NCBI GenBank assembly: GCA_020351835.1
Contig: CP070669.1
Location: 1,575,999 to 1,601,392, forward strand
Direction of reading: 5' to 3'
Length of the DNA: 25,394 nt
Source of the DNA: Nitrospirota bacterium
GTDB taxonomy: Bacteria > Nitrospirota > Thermodesulfovibrionia > Thermodesulfovibrionales > BMS3Bbin05
Notes under the pieces: generated by a model
Database searches by the model: none
Told to the model about the DNA's origin: nothing
Seen by the model: the letters and a program-made list of their open reading frames with translations, nothing else
Program-made: the position numbers and the translations under genes
Part shown: piece by piece, positions 1-6,447 of the stretch
Numbering within the stretch: position 1 is the first letter of the stretch
How the letters are laid out: every line of letters begins with the position of its first letter

Positions 1-65
1 AGGTTTGCCTTCATCGGGAAACCGGTTGAAGGCAGATTAAGCGTATCCTTGTAATCCTTTGCCAT
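1..65 (-). CDS. ileS: Isoleucyl-tRNA synthetase, N-terminal fragment (runs off the window edge)
   Basis: The reverse complement of 1-65 reads ATG GCA AAG GAT TAC AAG GAT ACG CTT AAT CTG CCT TCA ACC GGT TTC CCG ATG AAG GCA AAC, giving MAKDYKDTLNLPSTGFPMKAN. This matches the conserved IleRS N-terminus (E. coli IleS starts [21 protein letters not shown], from memory). Only 21 codons are visible and there is no obvious SD. Confidence 0.7.
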   Translation of the reverse strand, partial: MAKDYKDTLNLPSTGFPMKAN

Positions 66-164
66 AAAAGGAAAATTAACACTCTGATTTGTTAAATGTC
101 AAGAAAGGGGTTTCAAATGAAAAGCATTAAATATTCATAAATGTCAGATTAGTGACTTAATCAC

Positions 165-192
165 TTGACATAGTTTTAAAGCGATGTATAAT
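165..192 (+). promoter_or_regulatory. Sigma-70-type promoter for the small Sec-ORF/radical SAM cassette
   Basis: Perfect -35 TTGACA (165-170), 16-nt spacer, perfect -10 TATAAT (187-192) with TG directly upstream (185-186). The predicted TSS near 199 gives a leader of about 100 nt before the ATG at 301. Confidence 0.6.
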
Positions 193-300
193 TAGAAAAT
201 ATACCTATTGATAAATGTTTCTTTATAGGTAATGTCTATATAGATTGTTTCAACTCACGATCAGGGTCTTTTTTGTGATTTTTATCGAAAGGAGGTGAAT

Positions 301-513
301 ATGGACCTTAAAGAGCTGAAAAAGATACTTTCCGGTCTAGGGCTCGCCGGCCTTATAGCCGGTGCAAGCTTAATGGCTGCCGGCTGTGCAAGCACTGGCG
401 CAAGCGGTTGAGGAGCAGATAAGGCACCACCGGCCAAAAGCGGCTGAAGTGGTAGCTCCGGTGCAGGTAGCACCGATAATCCCGAAGGGAAAAGTGGTTG
501 AAGTTGATCTTAA
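301..513 (+). CDS. sbtA: Candidate selenocysteine-containing RiPP precursor/lipoprotein-like peptide (SbtA-like), 70 codons with 4 in-frame UGA
   Basis: AGGAGG (290-295) lies 5 nt before ATG 301. Reading UGA as U, the translation is MDLKELKKILSGLGLAGLIAGASLMAAGCASTGASG-U-GADKAPPAKSG-U-SGSSGAGSTDNPEGKSG-U-S-U-S-stop(TAA 511-513). The in-frame TGAs are at 409, 445, 499 and 505. Three of them follow Ser-Gly (AGC GGT TGA, AGC GGC TGA, AGT GGT TGA). Purine-rich first codon positions and high GC continue in the same frame past every TGA, then end at the TAA. The N-terminus looks like a signal peptide with a lipobox-like AAG/C. The gene sits directly upstream of a radical SAM/SPASM enzyme. Confidence 0.6.
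426..453 (+). promoter_or_regulatory. SECIS-like hairpin candidate for UGA-409
   Basis: ACCACCGGCC (426-435) pairs with GGCUG..GUGGU (442-453). This gives 10 bp including one G-U, a 2-nt AA bulge (447-448) and loop AAAAGC. The loop starts 27 nt after U409. The 3' arm contains the second UGA (445-447). There is no G in the first loop positions, so the match is imperfect. Confidence 0.3.
459..475 (+). promoter_or_regulatory. SECIS-like hairpin candidate for UGA-445
   Basis: CGGUGC (459-464) pairs with GCACCG (470-475), a 6-bp perfect stem with loop AGGUA. The loop starts 20 nt after U445 and has G at loop positions 2-3. Confidence 0.35.
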
Positions 514-533
514 CGTGCAGTTTGCACAATTAA
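510..533 (+). promoter_or_regulatory. SECIS-like hairpin candidate for UGA-499/UGA-505
   Basis: UUAA (510-513) and GUGCA (515-519) pair with UGCAC (523-527) and UUAA (530-533). The apical loop is GUU (520-522). There is a small internal loop (C514 opposite A528, A529). The loop starts 21 nt after U499 and 15 nt after U505. The 5' arm includes the terminal TAA. Confidence 0.35.
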
Positions 534-550
534 AGTAGTTCAAGGATGAT

Positions 551-586
551 AGGAACGGTGTGTTAAATAAATAGCACACCGTTCCT
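551..586 (+). terminator. Strong intergenic hairpin between precursor and maturase (partial terminator/attenuator or RNA-stability element)
   Basis: AGGAACGGTGTG (551-562) and CACACCGTTCCT (575-586) form a perfect 12-bp stem with a 12-nt AT-rich loop. The hairpin is followed by TATTTAG, a weak and interrupted T tract. Confidence 0.45.
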
Positions 587-639
587 TATTTAGTGGCTTT
601 CACGTAATCCTCAAAAATAATATAAAATAACTTAGGGAT

Positions 640-2253
640 ATGAGTAAGAAAAACGAAAGAAACGGGCTGATAAATGTACTTGAGGTCTTCCCAAGGACTG
701 CATCGATGTTAAATGACATAGTTAACGAAGAGATCATAAATAAATTCGGGATAGATCTTGAGCGTTTTCCGGATGAAGTAGAAAATATAAAGGAAAGCTA
801 TTCTCTTAAGGATTATATTGGTGATGTTGCAAGAATTGAGTATGCTCGTTTTAAAGCTAAAAATACTGAAGAAAGCATAGAGGAGCCGGAAAATAGAACG
901 GTCAATCCGTCATTTCAGCTTTTACAGGTCTCGTGGCAGAACCTTATATCGATCTTTAACGGAGATGACAAGGGTAAGGGTAATGGTAATGACATTATCA
1001 GTGGTGACCAGCTGATAATGGTTTGGAAGGACAAGGATGAAGATGAAGTAAGAATGGAGTATGCTTCGTCTGACGACCTGCTTGCGCTCAAGATAGTGGT
1101 TGAGGGGATAGGGCCTGAAGATTTAGTTAGTGATACAGACCTCACTATCGGCAAGATCGATAATGTTATAAGGAGTTCCATCGAAAAGGGGATATTGATA
1201 GCACCACCTTCTTCATTGGTCAGAGACCCGGATATCTTTAAGGAGATAAAGGATACTGGTGAGGAGTTCCTGGTTGCCGATACATTCACTTTGCAGTGGC
1301 ATATAACACAGAGCTGTGACCTTCACTGTAAACATTGTTACGACAGGAGCGACAGGACAAATACAGACCTTGCTGATGCTATAAGGATACTTGATGATAT
1401 GAGATCATTCTGCCTCGAGAGAAATGTAAAAGGGCATATTTCTTTCAGTGGAGGTAATCCCCTTATGCATCCTGATTTCCTCGATATATACAATGCTGCT
1501 TCCGACAGAGGTTTTTCTTTGGCTATCCTCGGTAATGTTGCTTCTAGAAAGCAACTAAAAGATATTATTGCTATACAGATGCCGGGATTTTACCAGGTAA
1601 GTCTCGAGGGGCTTGAAGGTCATAATGACAGTATTCGCGGTGAGGGATATTTCAGGAGAGTAATGGATTTCCTGACGGTGCTAAAGGAGTTGGGTATCTA
1701 TTCGATGGTTATGCTCACACTTACAAATGAAAATATCGATCAGGTGATCCCTCTTGCGGAACTCCTCAAGGGTAAAGTAGATAGCTTTACATTTAACCGC
1801 CTGTCTCTTGTAGGTGAGGGTGCATCTCTCAAAATGGCAGACAATGAAAAGTTCAGGAAATTCTTAGAGGACTATATTGAGCTGGCAGGAAAGAACAAGC
1901 ATGTAAGGCTAAAGGATAACTTTATCAATATTATCAGGAGAGAAAAGGGCCAAAACCCGTTCGGAGGATGCGCGGGGTACGGGTGCAGTGCCGCATTCAA
2001 TTTTATCACGGTTTTGCCGGACGGAGAGGTGCATGCATGCAGAAAGTTTCCATCAAAGATCGGCAGAATAATGGATGTCTCTCTTTCGGAACTGTATGAC
2101 TCGGAAATGGCGAAGAAATACCGTTCGGGACCTGAGGAATGCAGGGGTTGCGATATCCGTGCAGTATGCGGTGGATGTATGGCTGTAGCATACGGTTGCG
2201 GGAAGGACGTATTTAAAGAAAAGGACCCTTTTTGCTTCATGCGTTTGGTATAG
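640..2253 (+). CDS. sbtM: Radical SAM enzyme with C-terminal SPASM domain; probable peptide maturase (SbtM-like thio(seleno)oxazole-forming family)
   Basis: 537-aa ORF. The CxxxCxxC motif CDLHCKHCY has Cys codons at 1315, 1327 and 1336. SFSGGNP is a GGE-like SAM-binding motif. The Cys-rich C-terminus (GGCAGYGCSAAF...HACRKF...CRGCDIRAVCGGCMAVAYGCG...DPFCF, about 1965-2240) is typical of SPASM auxiliary Fe-S clusters. About 220 aa precede the radical SAM core. The start is uncertain: ATG 640 has AGGGA only 1 nt upstream, while ATG 706 has AAGGA 8 nt upstream. The radical SAM/SPASM call is secure. The SbtM assignment rests on gene context. Confidence 0.85.
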   Translation: MSKKNERNGLINVLEVFPRTASMLNDIVNEEIINKFGIDLERFPDEVENIKESYSLKDYIGDVARIEYARFKAKNTEESIEEPENRTVNPSFQLLQVSWQNLISIFNGDDKGKGNGNDIISGDQLIMVWKDKDEDEVRMEYASSDDLLALKIVVEGIGPEDLVSDTDLTIGKIDNVIRSSIEKGILIAPPSSLVRDPDIFKEIKDTGEEFLVADTFTLQWHITQSCDLHCKHCYDRSDRTNTDLADAIRILDDMRSFCLERNVKGHISFSGGNPLMHPDFLDIYNAASDRGFSLAILGNVASRKQLKDIIAIQMPGFYQVSLEGLEGHNDSIRGEGYFRRVMDFLTVLKELGIYSMVMLTLTNENIDQVIPLAELLKGKVDSFTFNRLSLVGEGASLKMADNEKFRKFLEDYIELAGKNKHVRLKDNFINIIRREKGQNPFGGCAGYGCSAAFNFITVLPDGEVHACRKFPSKIGRIMDVSLSELYDSEMAKKYRSGPEECRGCDIRAVCGGCMAVAYGCGKDVFKEKDPFCFMRLV

Positions 2254-2273
2254 CTCCATCTGGTTCGACATCC

Positions 2274-2292
2274 GGACCATGTTAAATGGTCC
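2274..2292 (+). terminator. Weak hairpin after the radical SAM gene
   Basis: GGACCAT (2274-2280), loop GTTAA, ATGGTCC (2286-2292): a 7-bp stem with no following T tract. Confidence 0.25.
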
Positions 2293-2335
2293 CGTGCAAA
2301 TTAATAAGAACATAAGAATATATAATCATCTTTTC

Positions 2336-2365
2336 TTGACAAATAAAAAATACAGTTATTAATAT
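2336..2365 (+). promoter_or_regulatory. Putative sigma-70 promoter of the mrp operon
   Basis: Perfect -35 TTGACA (2336-2341), 18-nt spacer, -10 TAATAT (2360-2365). It lies about 55 nt upstream of the mrpE ATG. Confidence 0.45.
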
Positions 2366-2418
2366 ATCGACCAGCCGTTATATCTCTTTTTTTCCAGATA
2401 ACAAGGGGTTTCTTACAG

Positions 2419-2904
2419 ATGCACTTTATTTACATGTTTCTCATCATGTTCGGCTTCTGGATCGTGCTATCGGGGAAGTTCGATGCTTTCCATATAACAC
2501 TCGGGGTAATATCATGCCTGATAGTTTCATTTCTTTCTCTTGACCTTTTCTTCCATGAAACGAAGAAAAAGGGCAGGATCGCAGAGGTCGTACGCTTTTT
2601 GAGCTATATTCCATGGCTTGTAAAGGAGATCGTGCTGGCGACGATCCATGTTGCATTTATAGCGCTAAGGCCAAATGTCAAAGACAATATAGATCCCAAG
2701 GTTATCATGTTCAAAACCAGGCTTAAAAAGGACCTCTCGAAGGTGACATTCGCCAATTCAATAACTCTTACCCCGGGGACCATAACCATTAAGGTCTCAG
2801 ATGATGAGTTCTATGTTCACGCCCTGACTAAGAAGACGGCCGAGGGTCTGCCGGGAGAGATGGAAGAGCGGGTAGGTAAGGTCTTCAAGGAGTTCGGGGA
2901 ATGA
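2419..2904 (+). CDS. mrpE: Mrp/Mnh cation:proton antiporter subunit E
   Basis: 161 aa with two N-terminal TM helices, then the MnhE-type core including ANSITLTPGT. The stop overlaps the next start (ATGA at 2901-2904). Confidence 0.85.
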   Translation: MHFIYMFLIMFGFWIVLSGKFDAFHITLGVISCLIVSFLSLDLFFHETKKKGRIAEVVRFLSYIPWLVKEIVLATIHVAFIALRPNVKDNIDPKVIMFKTRLKKDLSKVTFANSITLTPGTITIKVSDDEFYVHALTKKTAEGLPGEMEERVGKVFKEFGE

Positions 2905-3221
2905 CGACATATTTCATTTACGCAGGTGTAGGACTCTGCTTTCTTATGTTCCTGGCGCTCTATCGTGTGATACTCGGGCCCACGGCAATAGACAGGCTGA
3001 TGGGCGTTAATGTGATCGGCACGAAGACGACCGTTCTTCTTATCGTGATAGGTCTTATTTACGGCAGGGTGGAGATGTTCGTAGATATTGCTATTGCCTA
3101 CGCTTTACTGAACTTCATTGCAACTGTAGGTGCTGCAAGGTATTTTCAGCATCGAAAGAACCTTTGCTCGGTTGGTTTCGGGCTCAGGCACAAGGAAGAT
3201 AAGGGGGATACCACGGAATGA
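2901..3221 (+). CDS. mrpF: Mrp/Mnh antiporter subunit F
   Basis: 106 aa, three TM segments, with GPTAIDRLMGVNVIGTKT typical of MrpF/PhaF. It is translationally coupled on both sides. Confidence 0.85.
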   Translation: MTTYFIYAGVGLCFLMFLALYRVILGPTAIDRLMGVNVIGTKTTVLLIVIGLIYGRVEMFVDIAIAYALLNFIATVGAARYFQHRKNLCSVGFGLRHKEDKGDTTE

Positions 3222-3550
3222 TCATTGCTCTGACGGTATTACTGACGGTCACAGGGTTCTTTTTCTTCTTTGCTACAACGATCGGACTGATAAGGTTCCC
3301 TGATTTCTATTCAAGGATGCATGCCGCGGGAAAGGGTGATACCCTGTCATCGCTGCTTATGCTTTTGGGCCTTGCAATTTACAGTCTTCATCATTTTTCG
3401 TTCGGCAACTTTCTTGTATCACTTAAGATAATTTTTATAATGGTATTTATATTCCTCGCGAGTCCTACGGCAACACACGCTATTATCGATGCAGGGTTCG
3501 AGTCCGGCGTAAAGCCGTGGACGAAGGAAGAGGAAAGGGCGGAAGAATGA
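3218..3550 (+). CDS. mrpG: Mrp/Mnh antiporter subunit G
   Basis: 110 aa with the MnhG signature RFPDFYSRMHAAGKGDTL. ATGA overlaps at both ends. Confidence 0.9.
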   Translation: MIIALTVLLTVTGFFFFFATTIGLIRFPDFYSRMHAAGKGDTLSSLLMLLGLAIYSLHHFSFGNFLVSLKIIFIMVFIFLASPTATHAIIDAGFESGVKPWTKEEERAEE

Positions 3551-4560
3551 TCTGGCAGATAGACCTGATGGTGCTGACGCTTATAGTGTTCTGTGCTTTT
3601 TCGGCCGTAATGGTAAAGGACCTGTTGAGCGCGGCAATAATATTCGGTGCATACAGTTTTTTAATGTGCCTTCTCTGGACCGAAATGGGTGCGGTTGATG
3701 TGGCCTTTACAGAAGCGGCGGTTGGGGCGGGCGTAAGTACCATATTCATGATAGCGGCTATATTCAGGACCTCCCGTTCGGTCAAGCATAGGAGCAGGGG
3801 CAGGAGGTTCTATAAGCTGATCGGGTTCTTTGCAGCTGCTGTGACCGGTATGGTTCTGTTATACGGTCAGAGCGATTTCCCCGGATGGGCCGATCCGAAC
3901 TCACCGGCGAGCTCTCATCTTTCACCATACTTTATAACCCATACCATAAGCGATACGGCCGTGCCTAACATTGTTACCTCGGTGCTCGCAGATTACAGAG
4001 GGTTTGATACTATGTTCGAAACGGCGGTAATCTTTACTGCCGGAATAGCCGTTATATTCGTTTTAAGGCAATACCGGCGTGATCAGACCGATGTTGCCGG
4101 TACTGATGAGGTTGCCTACCAGAGCCCTATCATTCAAACCGTATCACGACAGATGGTGCCGTTCATACAGTTGTTCGCCCTTTACGTCGTGGCACATGGC
4201 CACCACAGTCCTGGTGGCGGGTTCCAGGGAGGAGTGATACTTGGAGCAAGTTTCATCCTTGTCGGGCTCAGCTACGATCTAAGGTCGGTCCTTAAGAAGA
4301 TGGGTGAGGGCCCTAACATTATCTTTGGTAACCTGGGGGTATTTCTGTATGCCGGGATCGGTGCCGTATGCATACTTCTAGGGGCTAATTTTCTTGATTA
4401 CAGTGTCTTAAGCAGGATCCTGCCGGCAACAGATAGTGTGATGGCAAGATCCCATGGAATACTGGGTGTCGAGATAGGAGTAGCAATTGCAGTAATGGCT
4501 ATCATGATAGCTATATATGTGAATATATCATCTCACGGAAAATATGATAAGGGGCTTTAA
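3547..4560 (+). CDS. mrpB: Fused MbhD/DUF4040-like plus MnhB-domain membrane subunit (MrpA C-terminal/MrpB equivalent)
   Basis: I place the start at ATG 3547 (MIWQIDL), which forms an ATGA overlap with the mrpG stop, rather than at the track's 3517. The N-terminal roughly 80 aa resemble MbhD/DUF4040. The MnhB motifs NIVTSVLADYRGFDTMFE and GHHSPGGGFQGG are present. Confidence 0.8.
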   Translation: MIWQIDLMVLTLIVFCAFSAVMVKDLLSAAIIFGAYSFLMCLLWTEMGAVDVAFTEAAVGAGVSTIFMIAAIFRTSRSVKHRSRGRRFYKLIGFFAAAVTGMVLLYGQSDFPGWADPNSPASSHLSPYFITHTISDTAVPNIVTSVLADYRGFDTMFETAVIFTAGIAVIFVLRQYRRDQTDVAGTDEVAYQSPIIQTVSRQMVPFIQLFALYVVAHGHHSPGGGFQGGVILGASFILVGLSYDLRSVLKKMGEGPNIIFGNLGVFLYAGIGAVCILLGANFLDYSVLSRILPATDSVMARSHGILGVEIGVAIAVMAIMIAIYVNISSHGKYDKGL

Positions 4561-4563
4561 TAG

Positions 4564-4947
4564 ATGGATGTAATAATCGCCAGCTATAATTACTGGATAT
4601 ACATACTTTTGATGATGATCGGACTGTATGCCATGCTTTCCAAGAACAATCTCGTAAAGAAGATCATCGGTATGAGCATATTCCAGGCCGCAATCATCGT
4701 CTTCTATGTATCGATCGGTGCTAAGAGGGGCGCTACGATCCCGATCATTGAGCATGGGCACGGCCATGGTGCCGCAGAGCATGCGGTAAATGTTATGAAC
4801 TACGTAAACCCGCTCCCCCATGTGCTGATGCTGACTGCCATTGTTGTATCGGTGAGTACGCTCGGTGTGGCCCTTGCCATTATCCTTGGGATACACAGGA
4901 GGTATGGAACGGTCGAGGAGGACGAGATCATGGAGAAGATACAATGA
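4564..4947 (+). CDS. mrpC: Mrp antiporter subunit C (NuoK-like)
   Basis: 127 aa, three TM segments, with the conserved YVNPLPHVLMLTAIVV region (MrpC has Y.DPLPQAL.LTAIVI). It carries an extra His/Gly-rich loop, EHGHGHGAAEH. Confidence 0.85.
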   Translation: MDVIIASYNYWIYILLMMIGLYAMLSKNNLVKKIIGMSIFQAAIIVFYVSIGAKRGATIPIIEHGHGHGAAEHAVNVMNYVNPLPHVLMLTAIVVSVSTLGVALAIILGIHRRYGTVEEDEIMEKIQ

Positions 4948-6437
4948 TCTCACCGGAGCAGTACCCTGTACTGATAGTGGTTATTCCACTTTTGTCGGCC
5001 TTCATTATTAATGTGATCGGATGGTTCAGAAAAGGTTTCTCTTATCCGCTTATCGTTCTTTCCCTCATAATCACCTTTTATCTGTCAGTCAGCACATTGC
5101 TTCAGGTGGTAGATGGAGGTGCTATCAGTTACCGCCTTGGCGGATGGCCTCCTCCTTTCGGAATAGAATACGTTATAGACCATCTTAACGCTTTAGTTCT
5201 TGTAGTAATATCTTTTGTGAGCCTGGCTGCAGCCGTTTTTTCGAAGGAGAGCGTTAAAAAAGAGCTTCCCGACAGAATACCCCAGTACTATACTCTTTTT
5301 ATACTTCTGGTAACGGGCCTGCTCGGAATGACGATAACCGGGGATGCCTTTAACTTATATGTACTTATAGAGATCGCGGCATTAACTTCATATGCTCTTA
5401 TAGCATTTGGCCGTGACAGAGCGCTGGTATCCAGCTTTAACTACGTGATAATGGGTACCGTTGGCGCCAGTTTTTATTTGCTTGGAGTTGGCCATCTTTA
5501 CATCATGACCGGATCGCTTAATATGGGTGACCTGCTCTCAATACTGCCGGCGATATCAGGTTCCAGGGCTATTTTCGTAGCTTTCCTGCTTATAATAGTC
5601 GGTATCTGGACCAAGATGGCCTTTTTCCCGCTTCATGGCTGGCTTCCTAACGCTTATACTTATGCCCCTACCGCAACGGGTGTCCTCGTTGCCCCTCTCA
5701 TGACCAAGGTGTCTGTATATATAATGATAAGGCTGATGTTCTCGGTATTTTCTGCCGATTATGTGTTCAATACCCTTAACGTCCATGACATTATTGTCTG
5801 GATGGCTGTTGCGGCTATTATCGGCGGCTCTCTGCTTGCTCTCACGCAGACAGATTTCAGGAGGATGCTTACCTATCTTATAGTTGCTGAAGTAGGTTAC
5901 ATGGTGGGTGGTGTATGGCTGGCTAACAGCGCCGGCATAACCGGGGCTATATTGCATATCCTGAACGATGCCCTGATGACACTCTGCCTGTTCCTTGTAG
6001 CAGGAATAATCTACCACAAGACCAGAGGACATCATCTGGATGATATCAGAGGGCTATACCGCAAGATGCCGTTTACGATGGCGGCATTTACAGTTGGGGC
6101 CCTTTCCATGATAGGAGTCCCTCCAACAGTGGGTTTCTTCAGCAAGTGGTATCTGATACTCGGTGCTATCGATGCCGGGCAGTGGGGTTTTATGGCAGCG
6201 CTTATCATATCGAGCCTCATAAATGCCGTCCTGTTCTTCAAGGTCATTGAGGTAGGATACTTTGAGCCGATGCACGGCCATCACGATGATGGACACCATG
6301 AGGTGACTATCGATGAGGCTCCATTCAGCATGCTGGCACCATTATATGTTATTGCCGTAAGCTTAATTGTCGTAGGTATATATACGAGCAGCATTATTAC
6401 CAATATCATAGCTCATGCGGTACCGAAAGGATTGTAG
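4944..6437 (+). CDS. mrpD: Mrp antiporter subunit D (NuoN/ND2-like antiporter-like subunit), copy 1
   Basis: 497 aa polytopic protein with Proton_antipo_M-type motifs (FPLHGWLPNAY, KMPFT...GVPPTVGFFSKWYL). The C-terminal loop is His-rich, MHGHHDDGHHE. Confidence 0.85.
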   Translation: MISPEQYPVLIVVIPLLSAFIINVIGWFRKGFSYPLIVLSLIITFYLSVSTLLQVVDGGAISYRLGGWPPPFGIEYVIDHLNALVLVVISFVSLAAAVFSKESVKKELPDRIPQYYTLFILLVTGLLGMTITGDAFNLYVLIEIAALTSYALIAFGRDRALVSSFNYVIMGTVGASFYLLGVGHLYIMTGSLNMGDLLSILPAISGSRAIFVAFLLIIVGIWTKMAFFPLHGWLPNAYTYAPTATGVLVAPLMTKVSVYIMIRLMFSVFSADYVFNTLNVHDIIVWMAVAAIIGGSLLALTQTDFRRMLTYLIVAEVGYMVGGVWLANSAGITGAILHILNDALMTLCLFLVAGIIYHKTRGHHLDDIRGLYRKMPFTMAAFTVGALSMIGVPPTVGFFSKWYLILGAIDAGQWGFMAALIISSLINAVLFFKVIEVGYFEPMHGHHDDGHHEVTIDEAPFSMLAPLYVIAVSLIVVGIYTSSIITNIIAHAVPKGL

Positions 6438-6447
6438 GCCAGAACAA

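Noticed and set aside
93-146. Exact 9-nt direct repeat TAAATGTCA at 93-101 and 138-146, with partial copies at 212-218 and 230-236, as a possible regulator-binding array in the ileS/Sec-ORF divergent region.
   Set aside because: The region is very AT-rich, so a 9-mer repeat there is not clearly beyond chance. The spacings (45, 74 and 18 nt) are irregular and there is no dyad symmetry. It would need comparative data.
301-411. Reading the small ORF as an ordinary 36-aa lipoprotein ending at TGA 409.
   Set aside because: Not fully excluded, but it would leave a mature peptide of only 8 residues. It also would not explain the unbroken coding signature in the same frame to TAA 511, the thrice-repeated Ser-Gly-TGA context, or the hairpins spaced after each TGA.
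409-507. Alternative genetic code (UGA as Gly or Trp, codes 25 or 4) to explain the in-frame TGAs.
   Set aside because: TGA is clearly a functional stop in this window. It ends mrpE (2902), mrpF (3219), mrpG (3548), mrpC (4945), the second mrpD (7915) and CPA2 (14305). Several of these sit in ATGA start-stop overlaps.
282-579. Two minus-strand ORFs from the track (282-473, 63 aa; 370-579, 69 aa).
   Set aside because: They are Ala/Pro/Cys-rich shadow frames antisense to the GC-rich + strand Sec-ORF. They have no RBS or recognisable motif, they overlap each other, and one runs through the + strand RBS. The + strand reading has a consensus promoter, an SD and coding periodicity.
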